This document shows positions 1-9,503 of a DNA stretch of 32,000 nucleotides, piece by piece. The stretch is from an uncultured Eubacteriales bacterium (GTDB taxonomy: Bacteria; Bacillota; Clostridia; Lachnospirales; Lachnospiraceae), in contig OMWY01000019.1 in the NCBI GenBank assembly GCA_900314885.1, positions 7,297 to 39,296 of the forward strand, given 5' to 3'. Under the pieces are notes generated by a model. That model ran no database searches, was not told the origin of the DNA, and saw only the letters and a program-made list of their open reading frames with translations. The position numbers and the translations under genes were made by a program. How positions within the stretch are numbered: the stretch's first letter is position 1; each line of letters starts with the position of its first letter.

Positions 1-350
1 GGATTACGCCCGAGGAGCTTGACAGGCTTTCATTCGCGGCGAAGGAATTTTCCCACGCCACCGCGAATGGAGATGTGGGTGATATGGCTAAGAAGGATGT
101 TGCCTTTCATGACATCATTTTCAGGGCAACCGACAATGACAGGCTTATCCAGCAGCTCTCGAATCTCTCTGAGCGCATGTACCGTTACAGGGTCGAGTAT
201 CTTAAGGATAAGACCGTGTACGGGAAGCTTGTAGAAGAGCATTCCGAGATAATGGACTGCCTTCGCGAGAACAGGCCTGAGGACGCGAGAAAGGCTGTAA
301 ACAAGCACATCAAGAACCAGGTTGAGGGCGTAGGCAGGGAGCTTACATAA
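1..350 (+). CDS. GntR-family transcriptional regulator, C-terminal FCD ligand-binding domain (5' end lies outside the window)
   Basis: Frame 3 is open from the window edge (ITPEELDRLSFAAKEF...) and runs through the listed 75..350 ORF to TAA at 348-350. DVAFHDIIFRATDNDRL and EEHSEIMDCLRENRPEDARKAV match the FadR/FCD helical-domain pattern. Motif recall only. Confidence 0.75.
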   Translation, partial: ITPEELDRLSFAAKEFSHATANGDVGDMAKKDVAFHDIIFRATDNDRLIQQLSNLSERMYRYRVEYLKDKTVYGKLVEEHSEIMDCLRENRPEDARKAVNKHIKNQVEGVGRELT

Positions 351-351
351 A

Positions 352-765
352 TTGCGAAACGATATAAGAGTAAGGGTCACCGGAATACAGAACGGTGACG
401 AGGACACAAAAAGTGAAGTCTCGGCTAAGGGCACTTACAGAAAAATCGGTGAGAGGCATTTCATAAAATACCATGATGACTCTCTACCGGGGGCTGGCGC
501 TGATGTGCTCCTGCAGTTCGAAGACGGCCATTTTGAAATGAGTAAGCGCGGCGATATCAGCATGCGGCTCATTTTCGAGGAAGGGAAGACATTCAAAGAG
601 AAAATGGCTCTTCCATATGGGAGTTTCATAGTGGAAGTCGAGACGAGGAAACTTACGGTTTCTGTAAATGATACGGACACGAGGGCAGAGATTGACTATC
701 TGCTTAAAATAGGCGAAGAACAGGTCTCTCGCACACATCTTGTGATGGAGGCCTGGGAGGAATAA
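352..765 (+). CDS. DUF1934 (YwiB-like beta-barrel) family protein
   Basis: 137-aa ORF with a TTG start 10 nt after AGGGAG. The layout (VRVTGIQ...KGTYRKIGERHFIKY...LQFEDGHFEMSKRGDISMRLIFEEG...IDYLLKIGEE) fits my recollection of DUF1934 proteins. It abuts tcdA. Confidence 0.65.
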   Translation: MRNDIRVRVTGIQNGDEDTKSEVSAKGTYRKIGERHFIKYHDDSLPGAGADVLLQFEDGHFEMSKRGDISMRLIFEEGKTFKEKMALPYGSFIVEVETRKLTVSVNDTDTRAEIDYLLKIGEEQVSRTHLVMEAWEE

Positions 766-766
766 G

Positions 767-1522
767 TTGTTAAATCAGTTTTCTAGGACGGCGCTCCTTT
801 TTGGAAATGATGGTATAGAGAAGCTCAAGGCTTCGAGAGTTATAGTTTTCGGGCTCGGCGGAGTCGGCGGATACGTTTGTGAAGCGCTTGTGAGAAGCGG
901 CGTCGGTACGCTTGATATAGTCGATGATGACAGGATCTGCCTTACAAATCTTAACAGGCAGATTTTCGCCACGAGGAAGACGATAGGAAAATATAAGGTC
1001 GATGCCTGTGAGGAACGCATGAAGGAGATAAATCCCGATGTGATTATAAATAAGCATCCGTGCTTCTACACTACAGAGACGGAAAATGAGTTTGACTTCT
1101 CAGAGTATGACTACGTCGTTGACGCTATAGATACGGTGACGGGGAAGATTCTTATAATCATGAACGCCCAAAAGGCGGGAACGCCTGTAATCAGCGCCAT
1201 GGGAGCGGGATATAAGCTTGACCCTACCCAATTTAGGATAGCGGATATCTACGATACGAAAATGGACCCCCTTGCGAAGGTAATGCGGCACGAATTAAAG
1301 AAGCGGGGCGTGAAGAAGCTGAATGTGGTGTATTCTGAGGAGAAGCCATTGAAGGTTCGTGACGCAGAGGCAAATTCATGCAGGACCCAGTGCGTATGCC
1401 CTCCGGGAACCGTCAGGAAGTGCAGCGTGAGGCGGGATATACCGGGATCTAATTCATTTGTTCCAAGCGCCGCGGGATTAATAATCGCGAGCAAGGTAAT
1501 AAGGGATATAGTGGGTATGTGA
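767..1522 (+). CDS. tcdA: tRNA threonylcarbamoyladenosine dehydratase (ThiF/E1-like, TcdA/CsdL family)
   Basis: TTG start 5 nt after GGGAGGA. The N-terminus FSRTALLFG..G..KL, the Rossmann loop VFGLGGVGGY and LTNLNRQ are typical of TcdA. Confidence 0.85.
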   Translation: MLNQFSRTALLFGNDGIEKLKASRVIVFGLGGVGGYVCEALVRSGVGTLDIVDDDRICLTNLNRQIFATRKTIGKYKVDACEERMKEINPDVIINKHPCFYTTETENEFDFSEYDYVVDAIDTVTGKILIIMNAQKAGTPVISAMGAGYKLDPTQFRIADIYDTKMDPLAKVMRHELKKRGVKKLNVVYSEEKPLKVRDAEANSCRTQCVCPPGTVRKCSVRRDIPGSNSFVPSAAGLIIASKVIRDIVGM

Positions 1523-1733
1523 CCGGGATGATGTAGAAATTGCTTGAAAAGTGTGTGAATTTTTACAAAAAATCGGCTACAATATCTTGCGTTATTTCTT
1601 CTAATGTGGTACTATTCTTATGGTACTTGTATTTTGAGCGTTTGAGAAATACAAGATGTGGGATGGCAAAGATTGGAATTGTCTCCCAAATATCAACACT
1701 TGAGAAAATATAGATTGAGGATACATAAGAATA

Positions 1734-2825
1734 ATGTCACGTAAACAATATAATAAAGACGACCGCTACGCGGATATGTCTGAAGAGGAAAGAGAATATC
1801 TTCTCGCGAGGAGACGCAGAAGAAAGCAGAGGGAATTAAGACGGAGAATTATCACACTTGATATAGCTCTGGCCGCTGTTCTTGGAGTAGTGGGAGTAGC
1901 ATCAATTATTACCCGGTCTACGAACGCGAAGGCTGAGAATCCGGGCTCAGGTATAGATATTACTTATGAAAACGAGAAGGGCAGCAGCTCTGCTTCCTCA
2001 GAAGGCACGGATGGTGGAGCGGCCGTTGAGAGTAATGAGGCAGCTTCGACTACTGAGAATACAGCTGCCGGAAGCGCCGACAGGTCTTCGACGACAAGTG
2101 AAGTGGCTTCGGAGGTTCCGGTTACTACGGACTTAAATGACGGAGAGGCGCTTAAGGCGGCTTCCGACAGACTTTCATTCATAGAGAACAGCTCCCAGTA
2201 TAAGGAGCTTGTTAAGAATGGGTATCCTATGATTCCGGATACTGTTTCTGACTCCTATACCTGCCTTGTGACGAGAAAATTCAGGCTCCCTTCGGATTAT
2301 ATTCCGGCGGACCTGACTGTTCCCGATGTCGCCTTTTCTTTTAATTATGTAGCCGACAAGCGTAAAATGCGCGAGCTTCCGGCAGCGAAGATGGCTGAGA
2401 TGTTTAACGCCGCTTCGACTGAGGGCGTGGAGCTCATTGCGGTTTCGGGTTACAGGTCATATAAGCGCCAGACTGAGATCTATATGAAGAATGTATCAAA
2501 CGTCGGCGCTGATGAGGCTGACAGCGTATCCGCGCAGCCCGGTGGTTCTGAGCACCAGTCAGGACTTACCATGGACCTGTCCGCTGAGAGCGCTAAGTGC
2601 GACCTGACGCAGGCCTTCGGTGATACCAGGGAAGGAAAATGGCTTGCCGATAACTGCTATAAGTATGGATTTATCATCAGATATCCGAAAGGAAAAGAGA
2701 AGATAACCGGATATGAGTATGAACCATGGCATATCCGCTACGTAGGCGAGGCGTTAGCTACATATTTGCATGACAATAACCTCTGCCTTGATGAATATTA
2801 TGGAATAACTGCTGAGGACGAGTAA
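1734..2825 (+). CDS. D-alanyl-D-alanine carboxypeptidase, VanY / peptidase M15B family, membrane anchored
   Basis: Basic N-terminal tail plus a TM helix (ITLDIALAAVLGVVGVASII), then a Ser/Thr/Ala-rich linker. The C-terminal domain has SGYRSYKRQ, SEHQSGLTMDL and EPWHIRYVG (VanY zinc-ligand motifs). Confidence 0.85.
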   Translation: MSRKQYNKDDRYADMSEEEREYLLARRRRRKQRELRRRIITLDIALAAVLGVVGVASIITRSTNAKAENPGSGIDITYENEKGSSSASSEGTDGGAAVESNEAASTTENTAAGSADRSSTTSEVASEVPVTTDLNDGEALKAASDRLSFIENSSQYKELVKNGYPMIPDTVSDSYTCLVTRKFRLPSDYIPADLTVPDVAFSFNYVADKRKMRELPAAKMAEMFNAASTEGVELIAVSGYRSYKRQTEIYMKNVSNVGADEADSVSAQPGGSEHQSGLTMDLSAESAKCDLTQAFGDTREGKWLADNCYKYGFIIRYPKGKEKITGYEYEPWHIRYVGEALATYLHDNNLCLDEYYGITAEDE

Positions 2826-2826
2826 A

Positions 2827-3564
2827 ATGAGAACTATTTTAATAGTGCTTTTTCTTGTACTTTATGTTATATTTAGTTTAGTGGCTCTTCCGGTGCTTGC
2901 TCTGGTGGGAAAATTTTCACCGAAGAGAAAGCAGCTCATGAGTGAGGCTTGCATTAAATGTGGCTTAAAGATTATTCTTTTCCTTGCGGGAATTAAGAAG
3001 ACAGTAATCGGCCTTGAAAATGTCCCTAAGGACAAGGCGGTTGTATTTGCCATAAACCACAGAGGCTTTTTTGACCTGATACTGTCGCTCTCCCTTATCA
3101 CGGTTCCGTGCGGGGCTGTGGCGAAGAAATCTCTTAATATACCTATTTTCGGTACCTGGGCTAAGAATAAGAAGTGCGTCTTCATAGACAGGGAGAATCC
3201 TCGCGAGGGCATAAAGGCTATCATGGAGGGCATCGAAAATATCAAGGCCGGAACTTCCATGATGATAGCGCCTGAGGGTACGAGAAATCACGGAGAAGGG
3301 CTTCTTCCTTTTAAGCCGGGGTCACTTAAGATGGCCGAGAAGACGGGATGCCCGATAATTCCAATCGCTGTGAACGGTTCCGATGACGTGTGGGAGAACC
3401 ATTTTCCATGGGTTAAGGCTCATCACATGTGCATAGAGTTCGGAGAACCGATTTACCCTCACGATATGAATAAGGAAGAAAAGAAAGAGCTTCTCGATAC
3501 GGTAAGGAACAAGGTTTTAAGCATGTACGAGAAGAACAAGCAGTACGAAGATAAAAAGAAGTAA
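2827..3564 (+). CDS. plsC: 1-acyl-sn-glycerol-3-phosphate acyltransferase
   Basis: N-terminal TM segment, the HX4D acyltransferase motif NHRGFFD, and APEGTR. Confidence 0.85.
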   Translation: MRTILIVLFLVLYVIFSLVALPVLALVGKFSPKRKQLMSEACIKCGLKIILFLAGIKKTVIGLENVPKDKAVVFAINHRGFFDLILSLSLITVPCGAVAKKSLNIPIFGTWAKNKKCVFIDRENPREGIKAIMEGIENIKAGTSMMIAPEGTRNHGEGLLPFKPGSLKMAEKTGCPIIPIAVNGSDDVWENHFPWVKAHHMCIEFGEPIYPHDMNKEEKKELLDTVRNKVLSMYEKNKQYEDKKK

Positions 3565-3577
3565 GTAAATGAGAAAT

Positions 3578-3603
3578 GCCGGGAACCTCCCGGCTTTCTT
3601 TTT
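3578..3603 (+). terminator. Rho-independent terminator after plsC
   Basis: GCCGGGA (3578-3584) / TCCCGGC (3588-3594) stem with a 3-nt loop, followed by TTTCTTTTT. Confidence 0.7.
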
Positions 3604-3617
3604 CATGAGAGGTGCCT

Positions 3618-4748
3618 ATGGAAAAAGAAGAGATTACGGACCTTCTTAAGACACTTTGCGGCATTCCATCGCCTTCGAATCATGAGGAAAAGAGGGCAGA
3701 GTTCTGCAGGAATTTTTTCTTTCAATGCGGCGCTTGTGATGTGTCAGTTGATGACGCCTTGAATGTACGCTGCTTAATAAAGGGAGTCGGTGGCGAGGAC
3801 GGTAAGCGTCCCATTATTGTATTTATGGCCCATACAGATACCGTTTTTCCTGATGATGAACCTATGCCTTATAGGGTATCCGATGGAAAAATATACTGCC
3901 CCGGAGTCGGTGATGATACGGCTAATCTGGCCCTCCTTCTGTTAGTAGCGAGAGGAATACTAAGGGACAATTTAAGGCCTCGCGACAAGGATATATTGAT
4001 AGTTTGTGATGCCGGAGAGGAAGGATTAGGCAATCTAAAGGGTTCCAGAGCCATTATGCGTGACTATGGGAATCGGGTAGAGGAATTCTACGCGGTTGAC
4101 GGAACGGTCCTTATGTATTGCGATTCCGCCGTCGGAAGCCACAGGTACGAGATAACCGTGACTACCGAGGGAGGCCATGCTTACGGGAGCTTCGGCAACA
4201 GGAACGCCATTTACTATATGTCATCCCTTATAACTGACCTCTATCAGATTAAGCTGGACTCCGACGGGCTTGTGACCTATAATGTAGGCTTAATAAGCGG
4301 CGGAACCTCAGTAAATACGATTGCCGATACGGCTACCTGCCTCTATGAATACAGAAGCAACGAGAAGGCTGATCTGGCATTTCTAAAGAATCACCTCTTT
4401 GCTCTCGCTAACGCATACAGGGCAAAGGGAATAGGAGTCTCGCTGAAGCTCATAGGAGAGCGGCCGTGCAGTAAGAAAATCGGGAAAAAGAAATTTTATA
4501 AAATGATGGACAGGGTGATTCCGGTGCTCGCTTATTATTTTAAGGGAGCCTACGATGACCCTGAAATATTTGAGTATAAGCATCCGGGCAGCACAGACTG
4601 CAATATCCCGCTCTCCATGGGGATTCCGGCCATTTCCTTCGGCTGCTATCTGGGAGCGGGAGCCCATACGAGGACTGAGTGGGTCGCTGAAGAGAGTTTA
4701 CTTCCGGGATTTTATGCCCTGAATGATATTGTGAGGTCTTACTTTTAG
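3618..4748 (+). CDS. M20 family metallopeptidase (peptidase T / ArgE-DapE-like)
   Basis: ATG at 3618 lies 5 nt after GAGAGG; the listed ORF begins at GTG 3612. Metal-ligand motifs AHTDTV, GVGDDTAN and AGEEGLGN are present. Confidence 0.8.
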   Translation: MEKEEITDLLKTLCGIPSPSNHEEKRAEFCRNFFFQCGACDVSVDDALNVRCLIKGVGGEDGKRPIIVFMAHTDTVFPDDEPMPYRVSDGKIYCPGVGDDTANLALLLLVARGILRDNLRPRDKDILIVCDAGEEGLGNLKGSRAIMRDYGNRVEEFYAVDGTVLMYCDSAVGSHRYEITVTTEGGHAYGSFGNRNAIYYMSSLITDLYQIKLDSDGLVTYNVGLISGGTSVNTIADTATCLYEYRSNEKADLAFLKNHLFALANAYRAKGIGVSLKLIGERPCSKKIGKKKFYKMMDRVIPVLAYYFKGAYDDPEIFEYKHPGSTDCNIPLSMGIPAISFGCYLGAGAHTRTEWVAEESLLPGFYALNDIVRSYF

Positions 4749-4791
4749 CTCCTACTTGTATTTGATTTTTTCATGAACAGAGGTTATAATT

Positions 4792-5295
4792 ATGTATGAC
4801 AAGCTGACAGAAAATGATGTCAGAAGAATGGAAGAGGAAATAGAGCACCGTAAGCTTGTGGTCCGCCGCGAGGCTATAGATAAGGTGAAGGAAGCGAGAG
4901 CCCAGGGCGATCTCTCTGAGAACTTCGAGTATTACGCCGCGAAGCGTGAGAAGAATAAGAACGAGAGCAGAATCAGATATCTCGAGAGGATGGTCCGGAC
5001 GGCAAAGATTGTTGAGGATAATACCGAGGAAGGTGTAGTCGGACTTGATAATACCGTAACCATCTATATTCCTGATGATGACGAGACCGAGACCTACAAG
5101 CTCGTGACTACGGTAAGAGCTGATTCTCTTAATAACCTCATCACTATAGAATCGCCACTCGGCAAGGCCCTTATGGGTCACCGTGTCGGCGATACGGTAA
5201 CCGTTAAGATAAATGATACGGCAGGCTATGATGTGGTAATAAAGGATATTGAAGCCACTACAGACAAGGGCGAGGAAGAAATAAGGCAGTATTAG
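4792..5295 (+). CDS. greA: Transcription elongation factor GreA
   Basis: N-terminal coiled coil containing GDLSENFEYYAAKRE, followed by a C-terminal FKBP-like domain (SPLGKALMGHRVGDTVTV). Confidence 0.9.
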   Translation: MYDKLTENDVRRMEEEIEHRKLVVRREAIDKVKEARAQGDLSENFEYYAAKREKNKNESRIRYLERMVRTAKIVEDNTEEGVVGLDNTVTIYIPDDDETETYKLVTTVRADSLNNLITIESPLGKALMGHRVGDTVTVKINDTAGYDVVIKDIEATTDKGEEEIRQY

Positions 5296-5335
5296 GAACC
5301 GATGTTGGCACTGTAACATTCGAAGGGATTTGTAC

Positions 5336-7162
5336 ATGTTTAAGACTGACAGGGCAGTTATTTCACTTCTTTTTGATATGCTTGGCGGGAAGACAGGCGA
5401 GATAAGCAAGGTAGATTATGTGCCTCAGAAGCCTGAATTTGACCCGACCATACCTATAGAGCAGGCATTTCCGCGCTCAACGCCTGAAGCTGAAGGAGTT
5501 CCTAGCAAGTTTATCTATGATCTCCTTGCGGAGCTTGCCGTGACTGAGAACGCGAATATGCACCATTTCATGATGCTAAGGCATGATAAGGTTATCTGTG
5601 AGACCAGCTTTGCTCCTTATCGGAACGGAGACTGGCATATAACCCACTCCATGTGCAAATCATTTACGGGAATGGCCATAGGCCTGCTCGTGGATGACGG
5701 AAGGCTGTCTCTCGATGACAAAATTGTCGATATTTTCGACACGGGGTGGCATGTCCTTAACCGCTTCAAGCTGCGCGATCTTACGGTCTGGAACCTCTTA
5801 ACCATGACAAGCGGTTCCGATTTTTACGAGACGGGAGCTATTTCCGGAAATAAATGGGTTGAGACTTATCTGAATGCCGATCTTAAGTTCCAACCGGGTA
5901 CCCAGTTTCACTATAACAGCATGAATTCCTATATGCTGTCGGCTATTGTCACAATAAAAACCGGAAAAACGATGTTTGATTTCCTGAAGGAGCGCATATT
6001 TAATCCTATGGGAATCACCCAGATTTTCTGGGAGGCGAGCCCTGAAGGAATTACGAAGGGAGGCTGGGGTCTCTTCATAAGGCCTGAGGACGCGGCGAAG
6101 CTCGGAAGCTTATATCTCCACCATGGAAACTGGCATGGTACCCGGCTCATTTCTGAGAAATGGGTCGCTGAGGCTACCATGAAGCAGGTGGAAAATAATT
6201 CCGATAAGCTAGGGTACGGTTACCAGCTCTGGCCGGGCGAGCGGCCGGGGAGCTTCGCCTATAACGGAATGATGGGCCAGGATGTATTTGTCTATCCTGA
6301 CCTCGATATGGTATTTACCATAAACGCGGGTGATCCTGAGGTTTTCCAGGATGGTGAGCTTGACCATGTGATTAAGAAGCATATGGTGGGCGCGCCGGTA
6401 TTTCCCGACAAACTCCCGCCTGACCCTGTGGGCTACAGCAATCTCTGCGAAATAGCGGAGCGGCTCCTTGACGGTGAGTATTTCACACCGAAGAATCTGG
6501 CCGGTGGCTGGGGCAGGAGGCAGACAAATTCAAGCGAGGGAAAGCCTCACTATTATTCCTGGAATAAGCCTCATTTCAGCCGCCATGACTTCTTCGTCTG
6601 GCTGAATGGAAGGACCTATGAGCTGGAAATGAAGAGCTGCGGACTTTTCCCTATTACTCTTCAGACCTTCCATAATAATTTTACGGACGGCATTTCGAAA
6701 ATAGGATTTAAGTATTATATGCACCTGCTTCATGTGCTTTTTTATGAAGGCGACTGCGTACAGGATGTTACGGTAGGCTTTCATAAGTCTATCGTTTCAA
6801 CCGTGGATGAGCATGGAGAAAAATATCTTGTCGGGACCGAAGGGGAGTATACCGAGGATGAGGACCATAATCCGGTTCTTAAGCTTCGCATAGCCTTTCT
6901 TGAGGAGGCGAGCAGCAGGAATGTCGTGATTCATTTTACCGGGGATTCGGTACTTGTTGAATTCGATGAGACTCCGGGCAAGCTCTTGATTATGGGTGGT
7001 CTTGACTTCTCGGTAAAGAGCGCCCTTGACAGCAATAAGTGGCTGTCTAATATTTTGGGAAACGGAGCTGAGAAGGTTATTACCGACGCTGTTCTCGCAA
7101 CTATTAGACCGCAGATAAACGGTAAATTAATAAAGGATAACGGAGCGGAAAATGAGAAATAA
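5336..7162 (+). CDS. Serine hydrolase, beta-lactamase/transpeptidase-like family, with a long C-terminal extension
   Basis: ATG at 5336 lies 7 nt after GAAGGGA; the listed ORF starts at TTG 5330. SxxK motif HSMCKSFTG and Y-x-N-like HYNSMN are present. About 250 residues of unassigned C-terminal sequence follow. Confidence 0.75.
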   Translation: MFKTDRAVISLLFDMLGGKTGEISKVDYVPQKPEFDPTIPIEQAFPRSTPEAEGVPSKFIYDLLAELAVTENANMHHFMMLRHDKVICETSFAPYRNGDWHITHSMCKSFTGMAIGLLVDDGRLSLDDKIVDIFDTGWHVLNRFKLRDLTVWNLLTMTSGSDFYETGAISGNKWVETYLNADLKFQPGTQFHYNSMNSYMLSAIVTIKTGKTMFDFLKERIFNPMGITQIFWEASPEGITKGGWGLFIRPEDAAKLGSLYLHHGNWHGTRLISEKWVAEATMKQVENNSDKLGYGYQLWPGERPGSFAYNGMMGQDVFVYPDLDMVFTINAGDPEVFQDGELDHVIKKHMVGAPVFPDKLPPDPVGYSNLCEIAERLLDGEYFTPKNLAGGWGRRQTNSSEGKPHYYSWNKPHFSRHDFFVWLNGRTYELEMKSCGLFPITLQTFHNNFTDGISKIGFKYYMHLLHVLFYEGDCVQDVTVGFHKSIVSTVDEHGEKYLVGTEGEYTEDEDHNPVLKLRIAFLEEASSRNVVIHFTGDSVLVEFDETPGKLLIMGGLDFSVKSALDSNKWLSNILGNGAEKVITDAVLATIRPQINGKLIKDNGAENEK

Positions 7163-7901
7163 TATTAGGTCAGGTCTTTTGTTTTTGCTCACAGCCTTAT
7201 TTGCTTTCGCCCTTGCCGGGTGCGGGGCAGCAGGAAGCTCCGGAAGCTCGTCCGGAAGCGCTTCGTCATCCGCTATAAGCAATGAAAACGCAAGTGGCTC
7301 ATCGGTTGTGAGTGAGGCTTCTGTTGAGATCCCGCCTACAAGCTCACAAGGGAAAATGTATGCTATAGTGCTTGATTCAAGCGACTTCTCCCTTACCGTC
7401 CAGAGCGACCTGGGAGATACGGTTACATTTTCTTATACGAAAAAAACTGATTTATCCGGTCTTTCAAATGGTCTTGCGAGCGGCGCGGCTGTTGAGATAG
7501 ATTATACCGGGAAAATCCAGGGGACAAACGGTAAGAAGGCAAAGGTATCGAAAATCCTTGACAGCAGCAAGCAGCCGACAGCTCCGAGTGATGCTCTGGC
7601 TGCGGCCGGCCAGGTTATTCTTGCCATTGAGAATGGTGATATAGGCGGCTTTTCCGAGTGGTGTTCATTTCCACTTGTATATGACAATGGAAATGATTCT
7701 CGTATAGGTACAAGGCAGGCATTAATATCTATGAAGAAGAGTCACATATTTACAAAAAGCCTTGTGAATGCGGTAAGTAATACGAATCTTTTTATGACGA
7801 CTAATTACGCTGATGGGATTTTATTAGGACGTAGTGAGCCGAATATCGTATTGCAGAATACGAGCGATGGATGGCGGGTAACCGGCATTCACCTGAAATA
7901 A
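7152..7901 (+). CDS. Putative lipoprotein, function unknown
   Basis: Signal peptide with lipobox LLTALFAFALAG|C, then a Ser/Gly-rich linker. The start overlaps the upstream gene by 11 nt. Confidence 0.65.
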   Translation: MRNNIRSGLLFLLTALFAFALAGCGAAGSSGSSSGSASSSAISNENASGSSVVSEASVEIPPTSSQGKMYAIVLDSSDFSLTVQSDLGDTVTFSYTKKTDLSGLSNGLASGAAVEIDYTGKIQGTNGKKAKVSKILDSSKQPTAPSDALAAAGQVILAIENGDIGGFSEWCSFPLVYDNGNDSRIGTRQALISMKKSHIFTKSLVNAVSNTNLFMTTNYADGILLGRSEPNIVLQNTSDGWRVTGIHLK

Positions 7902-7915
7902 AGGAAATATTATTA

Positions 7916-8599
7916 ATGAGCTGTGAGGTAAGACGTTTAGATACAAAAGAGATTTTTTTTGTTTATAGAAGATATGTGGCTAATTTTTTTGAGGACGAAT
8001 TTATTCTCACGGAGGCAGCGTTAAGCAATCTTTTAGCAAGAAAAATTTATATAGGATATGGCCTGTATGACAATAATAATCTGGTCGGTTTTGGATTATT
8101 TTTCACAAACCGGACCGGAAATGTGATGCTTTTAGATTATTACGTTACACTTAAAAAATACAGGCGTCTGGGATATCCGTCAAGGTTCTGGCAGTTGTTA
8201 AAGGAACGGTTAATTAACGGATATGGACCGGAATTAAAGGTTAAATCAATAACTGCCGCCCATAAATATTTTATCAGACCTGAAAATAAGGTAGATCTTG
8301 GCAACAAGGATAATTATTTCGGTGTTGAGGGAATATTTATAGAGCTTGAAGGCGTGCAGGACGCTGACAGGAAGGCGCTCAGGGAAAGAGCGAGGAAGCT
8401 GTTATTTTACAGAAATATAGGTTCATATATGACGGATACGGTTCCAAATTTTATGGACGAGGAATATAATGTAATGTATTTTCCGGTATTTAAGAGTCCG
8501 GGAAGGGAAGAATTAAATAAAATGCTATTGTCCGTCTACATGAATATTCTTCCGTCATTTAAGGACAGAAAAAAATATATACGAAGACTTACGGAATAG
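7916..8599 (+). CDS. Hypothetical protein, possibly GNAT-fold acetyltransferase
   Basis: The internal ATG at 7916 avoids overlap with the upstream gene. LVGFGLFF...MLLDYYVTLKKYRRLGYPSRFWQLL loosely resembles GNAT motif A. The region looks AT-rich by eye. Confidence 0.5.
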   Translation: MSCEVRRLDTKEIFFVYRRYVANFFEDEFILTEAALSNLLARKIYIGYGLYDNNNLVGFGLFFTNRTGNVMLLDYYVTLKKYRRLGYPSRFWQLLKERLINGYGPELKVKSITAAHKYFIRPENKVDLGNKDNYFGVEGIFIELEGVQDADRKALRERARKLLFYRNIGSYMTDTVPNFMDEEYNVMYFPVFKSPGREELNKMLLSVYMNILPSFKDRKKYIRRLTE

Positions 8600-8607
8600 G
8601 TGATTAA

Positions 8608-9039
8608 ATGAAGATTTCTACAAAGGGCAGGTACGCTATCAGACTGCTCGTTGATCTTGGTGAGCATGTCGGAGGCGACTATATTGCCCTGAAGGACATA
8701 GCCGAAAGGCAGAACATTTCTAAAAAATACTTAGAGCAGATAGTTCCGGTATTAAATTCGGCGGGCTTTTTATCTACCAACAGGGGCAACCATGGCGGCT
8801 ATAAACTGGCGGAAAGTCCCGCGAGAATTAAGGTTGGCGATGTATTACGGGTTACGGAAGGAAGTCTCGCACCCGTTGCCTGCCTTGATGATAATTCATA
8901 TTGTGACAGAAAAGAATACTGCCAGACTCTCTTTATCTGGGAGGGTTTATATAAGGTTGTAACTGAATATCTTGACGGAATTACTATTCAGGATATTATA
9001 GACAGGGGACACGCCGGTATGGGTGACTTCGTGATTTAG
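8608..9039 (+). CDS. Rrf2 family transcriptional regulator (IscR/NsrR-like, three-Cys cluster site)
   Basis: Canonical N-terminus MKISTKGRYAIRLLVDLG and a winged HTH. Cys triad CLDDNSYCDRKEYC (C-x7-C-x5-C). Confidence 0.9.
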   Translation: MKISTKGRYAIRLLVDLGEHVGGDYIALKDIAERQNISKKYLEQIVPVLNSAGFLSTNRGNHGGYKLAESPARIKVGDVLRVTEGSLAPVACLDDNSYCDRKEYCQTLFIWEGLYKVVTEYLDGITIQDIIDRGHAGMGDFVI

Positions 9040-9047
9040 GAGGATGT

Positions 9048-9491
9048 ATGTCTGCTAGAAAGAGTGGCTCCGGGAGTATTTCCGCTGTCGTTATGGTTGT
9101 ATTTTTATTTTGCGTTTTTGCCCTTATATTTAACGCGGGGATTCGGCCTTCGGCGATGAATTCACTGCCGGCGTGGCCACAATCGCTTTATACATTTGTA
9201 ATTTATCCGCTTTTATATTATCTAGGCGGATATGTATTTTTTATGTTATTTTTTAAACGGGCCAATTCGAGTATGCCGGGAGCGATACATGTATTTATGA
9301 ATATTGTAGCTATTGCCTTATTCATATTTATACTGTTCAGCTTTTTCCTCTTTGTTCAGAGCAATACCGTGGTTGGAAATGTAATAAGAATTTCCTTATC
9401 CGGAACCTTGATGAAGTGGATGAGGACATTTTTATCCATGCATGTTCTTTTATTTATCGGTGGTATTTTCTTATATGAAATGGCTGCTTAA
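9048..9491 (+). CDS. Integral membrane protein, function unknown
   Basis: 147-aa ORF 8 nt after the Rrf2 stop, preceded by GGAGG. It has about four hydrophobic segments. Confidence 0.6.
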   Translation: MSARKSGSGSISAVVMVVFLFCVFALIFNAGIRPSAMNSLPAWPQSLYTFVIYPLLYYLGGYVFFMLFFKRANSSMPGAIHVFMNIVAIALFIFILFSFFLFVQSNTVVGNVIRISLSGTLMKWMRTFLSMHVLLFIGGIFLYEMAA

Positions 9492-9503
9492 GGAGTAATT
9501 ATT

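Noticed and set aside
1523-1733. 211-nt untranslated gap before the VanY-type gene, containing a hairpin (CTTGTATTT ... AAATACAAG, about 1626-1656) and TACAAT at 1578-1583. I considered a possible regulatory leader or sRNA.
   Set aside because: I found no properly spaced -35 element and no resemblance to a riboswitch class I know. The single modest hairpin lacks a U-tract. The evidence is insufficient to call a feature.
4771-5409. Long antisense ORFs in the six-frame track, for example 4771..5409(-), 15445..15954(-), 24170..24688(-), 24618..25025(-), 30911..31603(-), 10662..11096(-) and 12668..13012(+).
   Set aside because: Each lies opposite a gene with strong family motifs (greA, the large flagellar-module ORF, the SPase-like gene, def and its upstream region, pgi, SDR). 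They have no RBS or recognisable motifs and show skewed, low-complexity composition. They are shadow ORFs.
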